The notes under the pieces: generated by a model | What the model saw: the letters and a program-made list of their open reading frames with translations, nothing else | Told to the model about the DNA's origin: nothing | Databases searched by the model: none | Shown: piece by piece, positions 29,097 to 37,391 of the stretch | Layout: each line of letters opens with the position of its first letter | Numbering within the stretch: position 1 is the stretch's first letter | Virus record (IMG/VR): IMGVR_UViG_3300030372_003104 | Span: 1-63,359 of that record | Length of the DNA: 63,359 nt | Reading direction: 5' to 3' (one strand) | From: a virus | Taxonomy: Duplodnaviria; Caudoviricetes | Made by a program: the position numbers and the translations under genes

Positions 29097-29467
29097 TTTG
29101 TTATCTCCTCATACTCCCATTCTATATCTTTAATATTATCTCTTATGTAATCCTCAACACAATCTTCTAACTCTTCTTCCTTACACTTAAAATGTAAGTA
29201 ACTGTTATTGTGTTTGAACTCTACAGAAAAGATCTTCTCATCCTCCTCTTCATGCGTAACCACATAGTGTTGGTCGAACGTAATGTCCTCTTTACAGATG
29301 GGACACATACCATCTTTAGCAAAGAATGAAACTACCTTTTCTTCATGCTCAGTTGTCCAATGAAACAAATCTAAATCGACTTCGTTGTCAGCGAACACCA
29401 TATACTTTGGTTTATCATAACACCTACAAGGGCTGAAGTTTGTCTCTACAATAAATCCTCTGTTCAT
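29093..29467 (-). CDS. Hypothetical protein with a possible Zn ribbon (CRC...CPIC)
   Basis: ATGA coupling on both sides when started at 29467. Confidence 0.65.
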   Translation of the reverse strand: MNRGFIVETNFSPCRCYDKPKYMVFADNEVDLDLFHWTTEHEEKVVSFFAKDGMCPICKEDITFDQHYVVTHEEEDEKIFSVEFKHNNSYLHFKCKEEELEDCVEDYIRDNIKDIEWEYEEITK

Positions 29468-29652
29468 TTTGTTTCCTCCTTTATATAAGTATTCCATTCT
29501 GATGTCTCTTCAAACTTATAAATTAAATCATCAATAACATCTCCGATGGTAAAGCCAGAGCCGTCATTATCTTTTGGTTCATCTATTAACTTACGTAGTT
29601 CTAAGAATTGTTTGATGTCGTTTAAATCGCACAGCGTTTCTGATATATTCAT
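29464..29652 (-). CDS. Hypothetical protein
   Basis: ATGA-coupled 62-aa ORF. Confidence 0.6.
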   Translation of the reverse strand: MNISETLCDLNDIKQFLELRKLIDEPKDNDGSGFTIGDVIDDLIYKFEETSEWNTYIKEETK

Positions 29653-29939
29653 ACTGATGCCCCCAATCTATTAGATGGATCATATGTAAGTTCATCAAAA
29701 GACATAAACTCTACAGGAGAATCTGATACTGTCATCCCTTCGACTTCATATGATGTATTTGTGTCAGGTATCTTTCCTTCTACTTGACTCCAACAAGCGT
29801 TCTTCTCACGTCGTTGTTTTAAGTATAGATCGAAAACATCTTTCGAGTTTAAGTTTTCATCAGCCTCATACCATGCGACTATCCTTTCACAATGATAATC
29901 ACTCTCTTCTGTTACGAATATTGTGTAGTATTTTTTCAT
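29649..29939 (-). CDS. Hypothetical protein
   Basis: ATGA-coupled 96-aa ORF. Confidence 0.65.
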   Translation of the reverse strand: MKKYYTIFVTEESDYHCERIVAWYEADENLNSKDVFDLYLKQRREKNACWSQVEGKIPDTNTSYEVEGMTVSDSPVEFMSFDELTYDPSNRLGASV

Positions 29940-29943
29940 TTTG

Positions 29944-30459
29944 TTATTTGGTTTTTATATTATTGGTTTTAATTGTTCTTTGTTTAGCCTTACCGAAAGG
30001 TTTATCGGTGACTAGTCTTTCCTTATAACCGAAGTTGAATTTGAAAGACGGATCTCTGACAACCCATATGTGATACTGGTTTGCTGAATCTACTAGCCGA
30101 CTTTCTGCGGGGTACAATTCAACGCCCTCATTCTCTTCCCCGACTAACTGATTCTTAATCTCTTGAAAGTCTCGCCAGTCTTTCATGACTCCACGATCAT
30201 GCCTCTTGATTGAGAGGTGGATGACATCCGATGAGGGATCATCAGTAACAGCGACTTGATACTTATCGTTAGTATATATTTTCTGACTGTCCACTATGTC
30301 CTTAACCCACTCTCTCACTTTGTACTCAACGAGGTGTCTTTCTGAAGCGCAGAATAGTTTAACGTAATACTCGTCACCATTATCATAAGCATCGAGATGT
30401 TGATTAACTAAACTATCAACTTCGCTTTGTTGTATGTATTGTTGTATTAGCTTTTTCAT
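29944..30459 (-). CDS. Conserved phage protein (HLSI.R.D...W...Q.IKN..G.E.EA.E.YP....LVD.AN.YH.W family)
   Basis: Recognisable conserved phage motif in the C-terminal 100 aa. Function unknown. Confidence 0.7.
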   Translation of the reverse strand: MKKLIQQYIQQSEVDSLVNQHLDAYDNGDEYYVKLFCASERHLVEYKVREWVKDIVDSQKIYTNDKYQVAVTDDPSSDVIHLSIKRHDRGVMKDWRDFQEIKNQLVGEENEGVELYPAESRLVDSANQYHIWVVRDPSFKFNFGYKERLVTDKPFGKAKQRTIKTNNIKTK

Positions 30460-30486
30460 ATCTTCTTTATCTAGTTTTTATATTTG

Positions 30487-32034
30487 TTATGCAGCGATAC
30501 CTGCGTTGCTTGGTGGTGCATCGATTGCCTCACCGATTGGGAAGTGCTTGGACTCTAGCCCGTATGACACCCACAACACTGGATAAGGTTGCTCTTGTAA
30601 GTTTCTTACATCATTACTATAACCATCGGTTAAGTACACTAGCCCGTCGCAGAATGGTTCGTTCTCTTTGACCCACTCGAATGCGGGATGGAATCTTGTA
30701 CCACCACCAACGATGATCTTGCTTGGCGCAGTGTCACCTGCATACAACTCATACACGTCTCGCACCTGAGATGATACGGATAGGATGACCATCTTCTCAG
30801 GTCGCATATTATCAAGGAACTCTTGTGCAAGTATCAAGAGATCAGATGTCAGTTGCTCATCCATAGACCAACTACTGTCGATGACGTAGACGATTGTACC
30901 ACAGCCGTCACGACCACGACCCGCAGTGCATAGCCCATTGGTTGCGTTGAAGATCGGTGCATTGAATGGTCGTGTCCATCCGTCTGCAATACGAGCGGTG
31001 TTCCACTCCATCACGTACTTCTTCCAATCCATGTATGATCGTTGTGACTTCTGATCCTTCACACTTCTCAATGTGTTACTCAATCCCATGTCACTTGATG
31101 CTGAGGCTAACTCAGATTGTTTAAGCACTTGGTCTGAGATCTGTTCAATCTCTTCAAGTACCTCCTCAAGTGTCTCGCCCTCCTCAAGATGTGGCTCGTC
31201 AGGTAAATCATCAGCACCCTGCCCGACCCAATCATCACCTAAGATTTCTTTGTCAGTCGGTTTAGGTGTTCCTCCTGTAGCATCACCCTCTTGATCACTG
31301 CCGCCATCACCTTCTTCATCAGTGCTGTCGCCATCACTATCTGATTCACTTGTGTCTTGATTAGTGTCAGCATCCTCATCGCATGGCTCGTCACCTTCAT
31401 CAGATGGTTGTGGATTATCATCACCATCCTGCTCACCCTCCTGTTGATCATCGTCCTCTGCTCCCTGCTCATCGTCCATCTTGGATTGTCCATTGTTCTC
31501 CTCCTTGGCAAGCTCGATGACAATATTCTCCGTACTCATATTGTCGAACCTGATGTCACAGCATGACCCTTCAATCATAGGGAGCAGCTTCGGATTCTGC
31601 TTGAGTATGAGTAGATTATCTGCATGGTCAGCAGCGATGTTCACTCGACGCTTACGCTTCATGAACTCATTTAGAACATGAGCAGCAGCATCATCATCTG
31701 GTATAACACCCATCAGTTTGAAGAGTCTGGATATACCTAACATCACATGACCTCCTTCATGAGCTAGTAGGAATGCAAGGTATCCAACTGGATCACTTGT
31801 CTGTTCTATCTTCTCCATCACACCATGCGGATTGAGACGTAGGTATCTACCATCCGTCTGTCCGTATGGGGTGTTGAATGTCCACCTCCACTTGAGTAGT
31901 GACAGTGCATTGTAGTAAGGGTACAACTCTTCAGTTGTCTCCAGTCTCCTGTACGCTTTCGCTAGTGTGCTGTCTCCGTAGTGATCGAACACAATCGGAT
32001 CGCCTTCTTGTATGTCGTATATATTATGTATCAT
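30487..32034 (-). CDS. VWA-domain protein with an N-terminal HEXXH metallopeptidase-like domain (DUF2201-like)
   Basis: LAHEGGH, acidic linker, MIDAS DSSWS, GGGT.F, LTDG. Confidence 0.85.
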   Translation of the reverse strand: MIHNIYDIQEGDPIVFDHYGDSTLAKAYRRLETTEELYPYYNALSLLKWRWTFNTPYGQTDGRYLRLNPHGVMEKIEQTSDPVGYLAFLLAHEGGHVMLGISRLFKLMGVIPDDDAAAHVLNEFMKRKRRVNIAADHADNLLILKQNPKLLPMIEGSCCDIRFDNMSTENIVIELAKEENNGQSKMDDEQGAEDDDQQEGEQDGDDNPQPSDEGDEPCDEDADTNQDTSESDSDGDSTDEEGDGGSDQEGDATGGTPKPTDKEILGDDWVGQGADDLPDEPHLEEGETLEEVLEEIEQISDQVLKQSELASASSDMGLSNTLRSVKDQKSQRSYMDWKKYVMEWNTARIADGWTRPFNAPIFNATNGLCTAGRGRDGCGTIVYVIDSSWSMDEQLTSDLLILAQEFLDNMRPEKMVILSVSSQVRDVYELYAGDTAPSKIIVGGGTRFHPAFEWVKENEPFCDGLVYLTDGYSNDVRNLQEQPYPVLWVSYGLESKHFPIGEAIDAPPSNAGIAA

Positions 32035-32078
32035 GGTATTCTATTTCTTAGTTAATGGTTTAGTTAACAACTCAGTTG

Positions 32079-32339
32079 TTAAAGTCCTTTCAGCTCGTGG
32101 TTTTTGGGGTGTTCGTTAAGTGGAATGTCCACGTTGATTGCTGCATGGTATCCTGCTCTACCAATCTCTTTGGTAGCGGGGAGTAAAAGATTCTCGACGA
32201 ACCAATCTACATCACCTGCAGCTACAGCCGTTCCTCTGTCCCTGCCTCGTTGTTCAGCCTGAGTTAGTTCAATGTCCATGATCCGTAGTGCAGCATGAAT
32301 CATCTTGAACTGATCAGTAGGTTTATGTGACAACTTCAT
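32079..32339 (-). CDS. Probable detached C-terminal part of the AAA+ ATPase
   Basis: This frame stays open upstream to 32402 (SGLLDDLDAVRKGT-MKL), overlapping the ATPase 3' end. Confidence 0.5.
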   Translation of the reverse strand: MKLSHKPTDQFKMIHAALRIMDIELTQAEQRGRDRGTAVAAGDVDWFVENLLLPATKEIGRAGYHAAINVDIPLNEHPKNHELKGL

Positions 32340-33226
32340 AGTACCCTTACGTACAGCATCAAGGTCATCAAGTAATCCTGATGAGCTGTAGTGTCTCCAA
32401 CCTTAGACTGCAGTGTCAGCTTGAGATGCTTGTTGAACTCAGACTTACTAAGCTCAAGGTTGTTCTCGATGTAGTTGATCTGTCTAGCAGCACTAGCCCA
32501 TGACCTTGGAGTTGGATGCGGTGACCCATCCCAAGGCTGTGGTATTGGTGGAGCGAAGTGATTACCGCTCTCCAACTTAGCGTTGAACTGTAGGTACTCA
32601 ACGACTGGTGAGAACTTACTCCACGCAAACTCAGATGCCCAACTCAACCATGAGTTGATATCTGCTTTTAATATAAACTGATTACCACGATTCACTATCG
32701 GGGCATCTAGTACTGCAGAGCGTGACCCATCCTCACGTCGGTTACCTGTCACGAGTATCTTGACATTCTCGCCAAGCCTATGCGAGCCAATCTTAGACTC
32801 ACCATCTGGATCGACAGTACTACGTACCAACGATCTTGTATCCGCTGCCCACTCTGGCATCTCATCGAAGACGAGCAAGCATGGAGTGTCTTCCATGCCG
32901 AGCCTCTCAAGAAGTGCTGCCGTCGGTATACCCTCTGGCTCTGAGAATGACATGAGATCCTCACCATTCGCACCCTTCTTCAAGACCCCATAACCTGTGA
33001 TCTCAAGTGGTGATGCACCAGTGTAGTTACACTTGTACACCTTTACAGTTTCATCGGTAACTCCGTAGAGTTTAGCGATAGCCTTAGTTACTGAGGCATT
33101 AGCAAGAGCTGTCTTGCCTGTACCTCCCGCCCCCAAGAGAATCATCACTGAATCTCCTGATGAGTATACGATCTCAGCTTGTGTTTGTACGTCGCTGAAT
33201 TTAATTTCTGGTGTTTCGGTATTCAT
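32336..33226 (-). CDS. MoxR/CbbQ-like AAA+ ATPase (apparently frameshifted near its 3' end)
   Basis: Walker A GAGGTGKT, Walker B LVFDE, sensor TGNR, NR arginine finger, PTPRSW. Confidence 0.85.
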   Translation of the reverse strand: MNTETPEIKFSDVQTQAEIVYSSGDSVMILLGAGGTGKTALANASVTKAIAKLYGVTDETVKVYKCNYTGASPLEITGYGVLKKGANGEDLMSFSEPEGIPTAALLERLGMEDTPCLLVFDEMPEWAADTRSLVRSTVDPDGESKIGSHRLGENVKILVTGNRREDGSRSAVLDAPIVNRGNQFILKADINSWLSWASEFAWSKFSPVVEYLQFNAKLESGNHFAPPIPQPWDGSPHPTPRSWASAARQINYIENNLELSKSEFNKHLKLTLQSKVGDTTAHQDYLMTLMLYVRVL

Positions 33227-33282
33227 TGTATTTTATTTGGTTTGTTAGTTTATTGGTTTAGTTAACAACTCAGTTGTTAAGA

Positions 33283-34230
33283 TTAGAGTCCACATACAGC
33301 GAGCCTACTAGCTGTACGTTCTGCTTGGTTGTACACGTCCTCGATTGCAGTAGCAGCGAGCTTTCTTGTCGCTGATCCTGTCTTACCTAAGTGATCACGT
33401 TGGATGCTGCCGACCTCTTGAAGATCCCTGACAATATCATTGATGACATCGAACTCGAACCAGTTCAATTCCTTCAACTCTGCAGAGGCTTCTTTCAATT
33501 CATCGAATGTCTTCTGATGGAGACGCTCGCCCTTAGTCACTTTCTTAATAGCTTCTTTAAGTTTCTTCATAGCAGGTTCCAATACTTTGGAATGGTTCCT
33601 CGCCATGACATCGATGCGTGTCTTCTCAGATTGAGCAATCACTTTGTTGGCTACCTCCTCAGTCATACCATCGAAGATAGTACCCTTCTTAATTGCCATC
33701 GGTGCAGCCGACCACGATACAGCGATCTTGAATTCTGATAAGAACTCCTCACCATTCTGTGGCACGTTGACCTCATGGATGTTATCGCCCAAGCCTTCGA
33801 TTGAATCGGCACGTATGGTATCCCATTCTCTCAAAGCCTCCACTCGTAGGTCATCGAGTTGCTTAGACATCTCATCGACCATTGCTTGTATCTCAGCAAC
33901 CCTATCAGTGGATACGATACGCACTCCACGCACATCACTTGGATGAGTACCCACTTTGTATTTCATCTGAGCCTGTTGCACTACACTGAGCATCTTGCCG
34001 AGAGCATTGTTACGAGTCTCAAGAACTGTAGCTGAAGCTCTCACTCTCCCCTTCTTGGCATTGGTATCCTTAACCACTTCTTTAGTCTTCCCTTTAAGGG
34101 TAGCACTGAAGCCTGTCGGTTTGCTACCTACCCAAGTAACTTGGACAGTGTTGTTTAGTACTGCAAGGATCTCGCTTTCTTCAAGACCTGCTTTGATTTC
34201 TTTGTCATTGTATTGGTTCATTGTATTCAT
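33283..34230 (-). CDS. Helical protein of the type usually found upstream of phage AAA+/VWA pairs (DUF3150-like)
   Basis: THP...GVRIV, coiled-coil, and L..LN...D patterns, plus gene context. Confidence 0.55.
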   Translation of the reverse strand: MNTMNQYNDKEIKAGLEESEILAVLNNTVQVTWVGSKPTGFSATLKGKTKEVVKDTNAKKGRVRASATVLETRNNALGKMLSVVQQAQMKYKVGTHPSDVRGVRIVSTDRVAEIQAMVDEMSKQLDDLRVEALREWDTIRADSIEGLGDNIHEVNVPQNGEEFLSEFKIAVSWSAAPMAIKKGTIFDGMTEEVANKVIAQSEKTRIDVMARNHSKVLEPAMKKLKEAIKKVTKGERLHQKTFDELKEASAELKELNWFEFDVINDIVRDLQEVGSIQRDHLGKTGSATRKLAATAIEDVYNQAERTASRLAVCGL

Positions 34231-34260
34231 TGGTTTAGTTTATTTGGTTTGTTATTGTAC

Positions 34261-34288
34261 ATTATAATCTATTATTATATTAATGCAA
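34261..34288 (-). promoter_or_regulatory. sigma70-like early promoter
   Basis: The minus strand reads TTGCAT-N16-TATAAT, 30 nt upstream of the ATG at 34230. Confidence 0.65.
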
Positions 34289-34340
34289 GTATTATTTTCT
34301 TTTATATGTTTATGGTTTAGTTAACAACTCAGTTGTTAAA

Positions 34341-34490
34341 TTATTTTAGTTTATCTTGTATGTAATCTCTGATCTCAATAAAGAAATCATCAGACAAATC
34401 CATCTGCTCACACAGGTCTTCTGGTATTGAAGCACAAGCTATTCTAGCCATCTCCAATATCTTAATAGCGTATAGTTCTTCTGCACTCAT
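34341..34490 (-). CDS. Small hypothetical protein (49 aa; not in the ORF track)
   Basis: MSAEELYAIKILEMARIAC...QDKLK. ATGA-coupled to the upstream gene, with its stop 1 bp from a palindrome. Confidence 0.6.
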   Translation of the reverse strand: MSAEELYAIKILEMARIACASIPEDLCEQMDLSDDFFIEIRDYIQDKLK

Positions 34491-34732
34491 ACTCTTATCT
34501 TCTTTACTCCTGTTATTTCGTTCTCATGTGATGAGTCTGGATGACTGGCGATCAGACTGTAGAAATATCTCGCTGCTTCTTTGTATGAATCGCAGCTCCA
34601 TCCGTCCACAAAGACAGCTTCAACTGTCTCGCCCTTCTCATCTATAGTATCGAGTCTCCAATCTACATCGAAGACTCCGTATCCATCACCCTCTCGTAGA
34701 GTGATCCAATGGTGTAGTTTATTTTTTGTCAT
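34487..34732 (-). CDS. Hypothetical early protein
   Basis: 81-aa ORF starting 29 nt after a palindrome. Confidence 0.65.
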   Translation of the reverse strand: MTKNKLHHWITLREGDGYGVFDVDWRLDTIDEKGETVEAVFVDGWSCDSYKEAARYFYSLIASHPDSSHENEITGVKKIRV

Positions 34733-34776
34733 AGGTATTATTTAGTTTGTATGTTAATAAGTTAACAACTCAGTTG

Positions 34777-35238
34777 TTAAAGTTTTGTTCTGTATGGTTT
34801 GGTTAATATGTGTAAGGCTGCTAAGTATTTAGGTACAAGCTGCCCCTCTGGAAAGGTTGAGAAGTTATCCATCAGGTCAGCGATCTTCACTTCCCTTGCG
34901 ATGTTACCTGCCTCACCTTCTGCACTGTGAATCCTCATGATGTAGTTGTGATAGAGTTCATCCTCCCCTTGCGTCAGTAGATCGACCGCCTCAATGGTAT
35001 CTTGCCTGATTTCTTTTACATAGGCGAGTTCATGTGATGACATGACTGTGTCCTCCAGAATATCATGCAGTGCTGCAGCAGCTCTGGATCTATAGCTCAC
35101 CGCATTGGTTACTCGTAGAATATGAGTGTCGAAGTACGGCTTACCCATATCTGTGCCGACGGCACGTAGTTGCCCGTCATGGTATTCCTTCGCAAGTTGC
35201 AAAGCTATCTTAGTTTCTTTTATATATGTTGGCTTCAT
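34777..35238 (-). CDS. HD-domain hydrolase, RelA/SpoT small alarmone hydrolase (Mesh1-like) type
   Basis: A..YH.GQ.R...G.PY..H...V, AALHDILEDT, LLT, KIADL.DN. Confidence 0.8.
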   Translation of the reverse strand: MKPTYIKETKIALQLAKEYHDGQLRAVGTDMGKPYFDTHILRVTNAVSYRSRAAAALHDILEDTVMSSHELAYVKEIRQDTIEAVDLLTQGEDELYHNYIMRIHSAEGEAGNIAREVKIADLMDNFSTFPEGQLVPKYLAALHILTKPYRTKL

Positions 35239-35256
35239 TACTTAGTTTGTTTGTAA

Positions 35257-35428
35257 GTTGGATAGGGATGAGTGTGCCATGCACCTCTTAACAACTCAGT
35301 TGTTAACCCTGCTTTCCCCTCTACCGCAGTGATCCACTCCGCATTGCGAAATGACTGCGAGTCTTACAGCAAGGTTAACAACTCAGTTGTTAAGGGTACA
35401 CAGCACACTGCTCACCTAACAATCCAAC
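35257..35428 (-). ncRNA. Candidate structured RNA or ssDNA element built from two palindromes
   Basis: Nested inverted repeats: GTTGGAT/ATCCAAC, GTGTGC/GCACAC, the two palindromes with complementary flanks, CGCAGT/ACTGCG. Two plus-strand C-A mismatches become G-U pairs on the minus strand. Confidence 0.55.
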
Positions 35429-35440
35429 CATTAGTTGAAA

Positions 35441-35641
35441 TTAATTGACCACTCTTATTAGGTCATTGATATCTATCCACGCTCGTGTTCGCTTGCCCTT
35501 GTACAATATGACTAGCTCGACCTCATTGTTTTCGAAACAAGTATCGTAAACTATTCCTTTGTCTTTCTCTCCGTATCCATTCCTCCAATAGACTCGTGAT
35601 CCATTGCCTAGCATATTGTATTCATCTTTTGATATTCTCAT
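35441..35641 (-). CDS. Small SH3-like beta-barrel hypothetical protein
   Basis: G.RVYW...G.V......V.L......W...DL pattern. Confidence 0.6.
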   Translation of the reverse strand: MRISKDEYNMLGNGSRVYWRNGYGEKDKGIVYDTCFENNEVELVILYKGKRTRAWIDINDLIRVVN

Positions 35642-35690
35642 GATGGTATTCCTTTCTTGTTTGTATGTTAATAAGTTAACAACTCAGTTG

Positions 35691-35858
35691 TTAAAACATC
35701 CGATTCCTTGGTAAGAAATTAGTATCGGATACTGCTCGGAGTTTATATGCTAATTCCTTTTCATCCAATTCACATAAGATTTCAATAGCCTGAAATAGTT
35801 TAGCTATCTTTTCAATACGTGCCTTGCGTTCTTCTTTTGTTTCTTTTTTCTTTCTCAT
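35691..35858 (-). CDS. Small hypothetical protein (55 aa; not in the ORF track)
   Basis: MRKKKETKEERKARIEKIAKLF...RNRMF. The stop TAA lies inside a palindrome and the start is 18 nt after another. Confidence 0.6.
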   Translation of the reverse strand: MRKKKETKEERKARIEKIAKLFQAIEILCELDEKELAYKLRAVSDTNFLPRNRMF

Positions 35859-35891
35859 GATTTGTATATTAATAAGTTAACAACTCAGTTG

Positions 35892-36185
35892 TTATTCTGC
35901 TCCGTTCTCATTCTTAATTGAGTAGATAGCCCTCAACTCTCCGCTCGATATCAGTAACCAGTTGACCTGATACCCGATATCACAGCCCGAAAACTCTACG
36001 TGTATGTGGTTAGCACGTCGGAGGACAGTGCCATCTTTAAAGTTTATTTCTCGGAGCATACCTTTTTTATCGGTATAGATCTCTTCGATGTCATCGACGT
36101 TTTCTTTTCTGGAATCTAAGCAGAGTCCATTTGAGTTGAGATCTACGAATAGATCTAATGCTTGTTGCAATGTATTTCTTTTCAT
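35892..36185 (-). CDS. Hypothetical early protein
   Basis: 97-aa ORF bounded by palindromes. Confidence 0.65.
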   Translation of the reverse strand: MKRNTLQQALDLFVDLNSNGLCLDSRKENVDDIEEIYTDKKGMLREINFKDGTVLRRANHIHVEFSGCDIGYQVNWLLISSGELRAIYSIKNENGAE

Positions 36186-36264
36186 TTAATTACTTGGTTT
36201 ATTTGTTATTAATTTAACAACTCAGTTGTTAACAACTCAGTTGTTAAGGATTGAAATTTTAAAT

Positions 36265-36444
36265 CTATGCCTTTACCCCCGTCCATCGGATTACCTGATC
36301 AAAGGATTCATATCCTAAAGCTGCATATAGAATGCTTTCCAATGTCTCAAAAGTATATCCGTTTATACTCGTAACAATTTGTAAGGTCTCCTCACTTATC
36401 CCTAATTCTCTTAGAGTATCCCATGCTTTTTTCTTATCTCTCAT
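36265..36444 (-). CDS. Small hypothetical protein (59 aa; not in the ORF track)
   Basis: MRDKKKAWDTLRELGISEETLQIVTSINGYTFETLESILYAALGYESFDQ..., bounded by palindromes. Confidence 0.65.
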   Translation of the reverse strand: MRDKKKAWDTLRELGISEETLQIVTSINGYTFETLESILYAALGYESFDQVIRWTGVKA

Positions 36445-36606
36445 ATTACTATTTTATGTTTATTATTTTTATATGTTATTAGTTTAACAACTCAGTTGTT
36501 AAGTCGATCAATTAAGGATCGAACTATGCACCACTGGCAAGGGTTATTTGTCAGTGGTGCAATGTTCAATGCTCACTTGTTAAGTGGTAGGTTAACAACT
36601 CAGTTG

Positions 36607-37146
36607 TTAACTTTGCTCAGTCTCTTTGTTGATCTCATTGATCAACTGTACCGCTTTGGCTTGTTCCTCAAGTGATGCCGCTTTGTAGAGCTTGGCAATT
36701 TGTTCTGCAGTTATCGCCTTCTTTTCGTTGTCACTATCCTTCTTATTTACTAGGACTTTCTTAACTGTGGACTCAGCTATTTTGATATAGCCGACAGATA
36801 CCTTGTTAAGAGTCTTCGTAATACCCGCATCTTTTCTAGTATTTCTCTGCTTGTGACCTCTAGAGTTTAGAATTTTAGCAATATTTTGCTGAGTAGTTTT
36901 ACCATTCTTAACCAATGGAGCAGTTACGTTCTTGATAGTCTTATAGATTACAGGACTAGGAATATTTGCCTTTTCCATTATCTCAATCTTTTCGACTAGT
37001 ACTTCTTTAAGTGTGAGAGTCGCTTTATAAACTGCCTCAATAAATTCGTCTCTTGCTGTTAACAACTCAGTTGTTACATTTTCAAGAACTGTTTTCTGAT
37101 CTGCAGTTAATACGATTTCATTTTTCTTATTTGCTTTTTTAGTCAT
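36607..37146 (-). CDS. First early gene, a Lys-rich helical protein (possible DNA-binding protein)
   Basis: 179 aa and basic. The stop lies in a palindrome and another palindrome lies inside the CDS. Confidence 0.7.
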   Translation of the reverse strand: MTKKANKKNEIVLTADQKTVLENVTTELLTARDEFIEAVYKATLTLKEVLVEKIEIMEKANIPSPVIYKTIKNVTAPLVKNGKTTQQNIAKILNSRGHKQRNTRKDAGITKTLNKVSVGYIKIAESTVKKVLVNKKDSDNEKKAITAEQIAKLYKAASLEEQAKAVQLINEINKETEQS

Positions 37147-37186
37147 TTTCTTTTTTCTAATTTAGTTGTTTATATTGTTAGATTTA

Positions 37187-37391
37187 ATCCATTGTTTTCA
37201 ATGGTCAGAATCTTAACAACTGAATTGTTAAGACTCAGACCATTGCACTATTGGCGGTATTCTTGCCAATAGTGCAATGGATAAATGCCAAGCTAATAAC
37301 CTCATAAATTATTAACTGTGATACCACAGTATAGTTCAATCCGTTGCAGTTAATTGAAGCTGTAAATTGCTTTTAAGCCATAATTTACAGC
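37187..37391 (-). promoter_or_regulatory. Structured leader of the early operon (overlapping hairpins)
   Basis: Hairpins at 37199-37245, 37240-37280 (16-bp perfect stem) and 37359-37391. Confidence 0.55.

Noticed and set aside
32064-37146. Integron cassette array (the stop-codon TAACAA resembles attC ends)
   Set aside because: The sites are far shorter than attC and lack the R/L box architecture. No tyrosine recombinase is recognisable in the genome.
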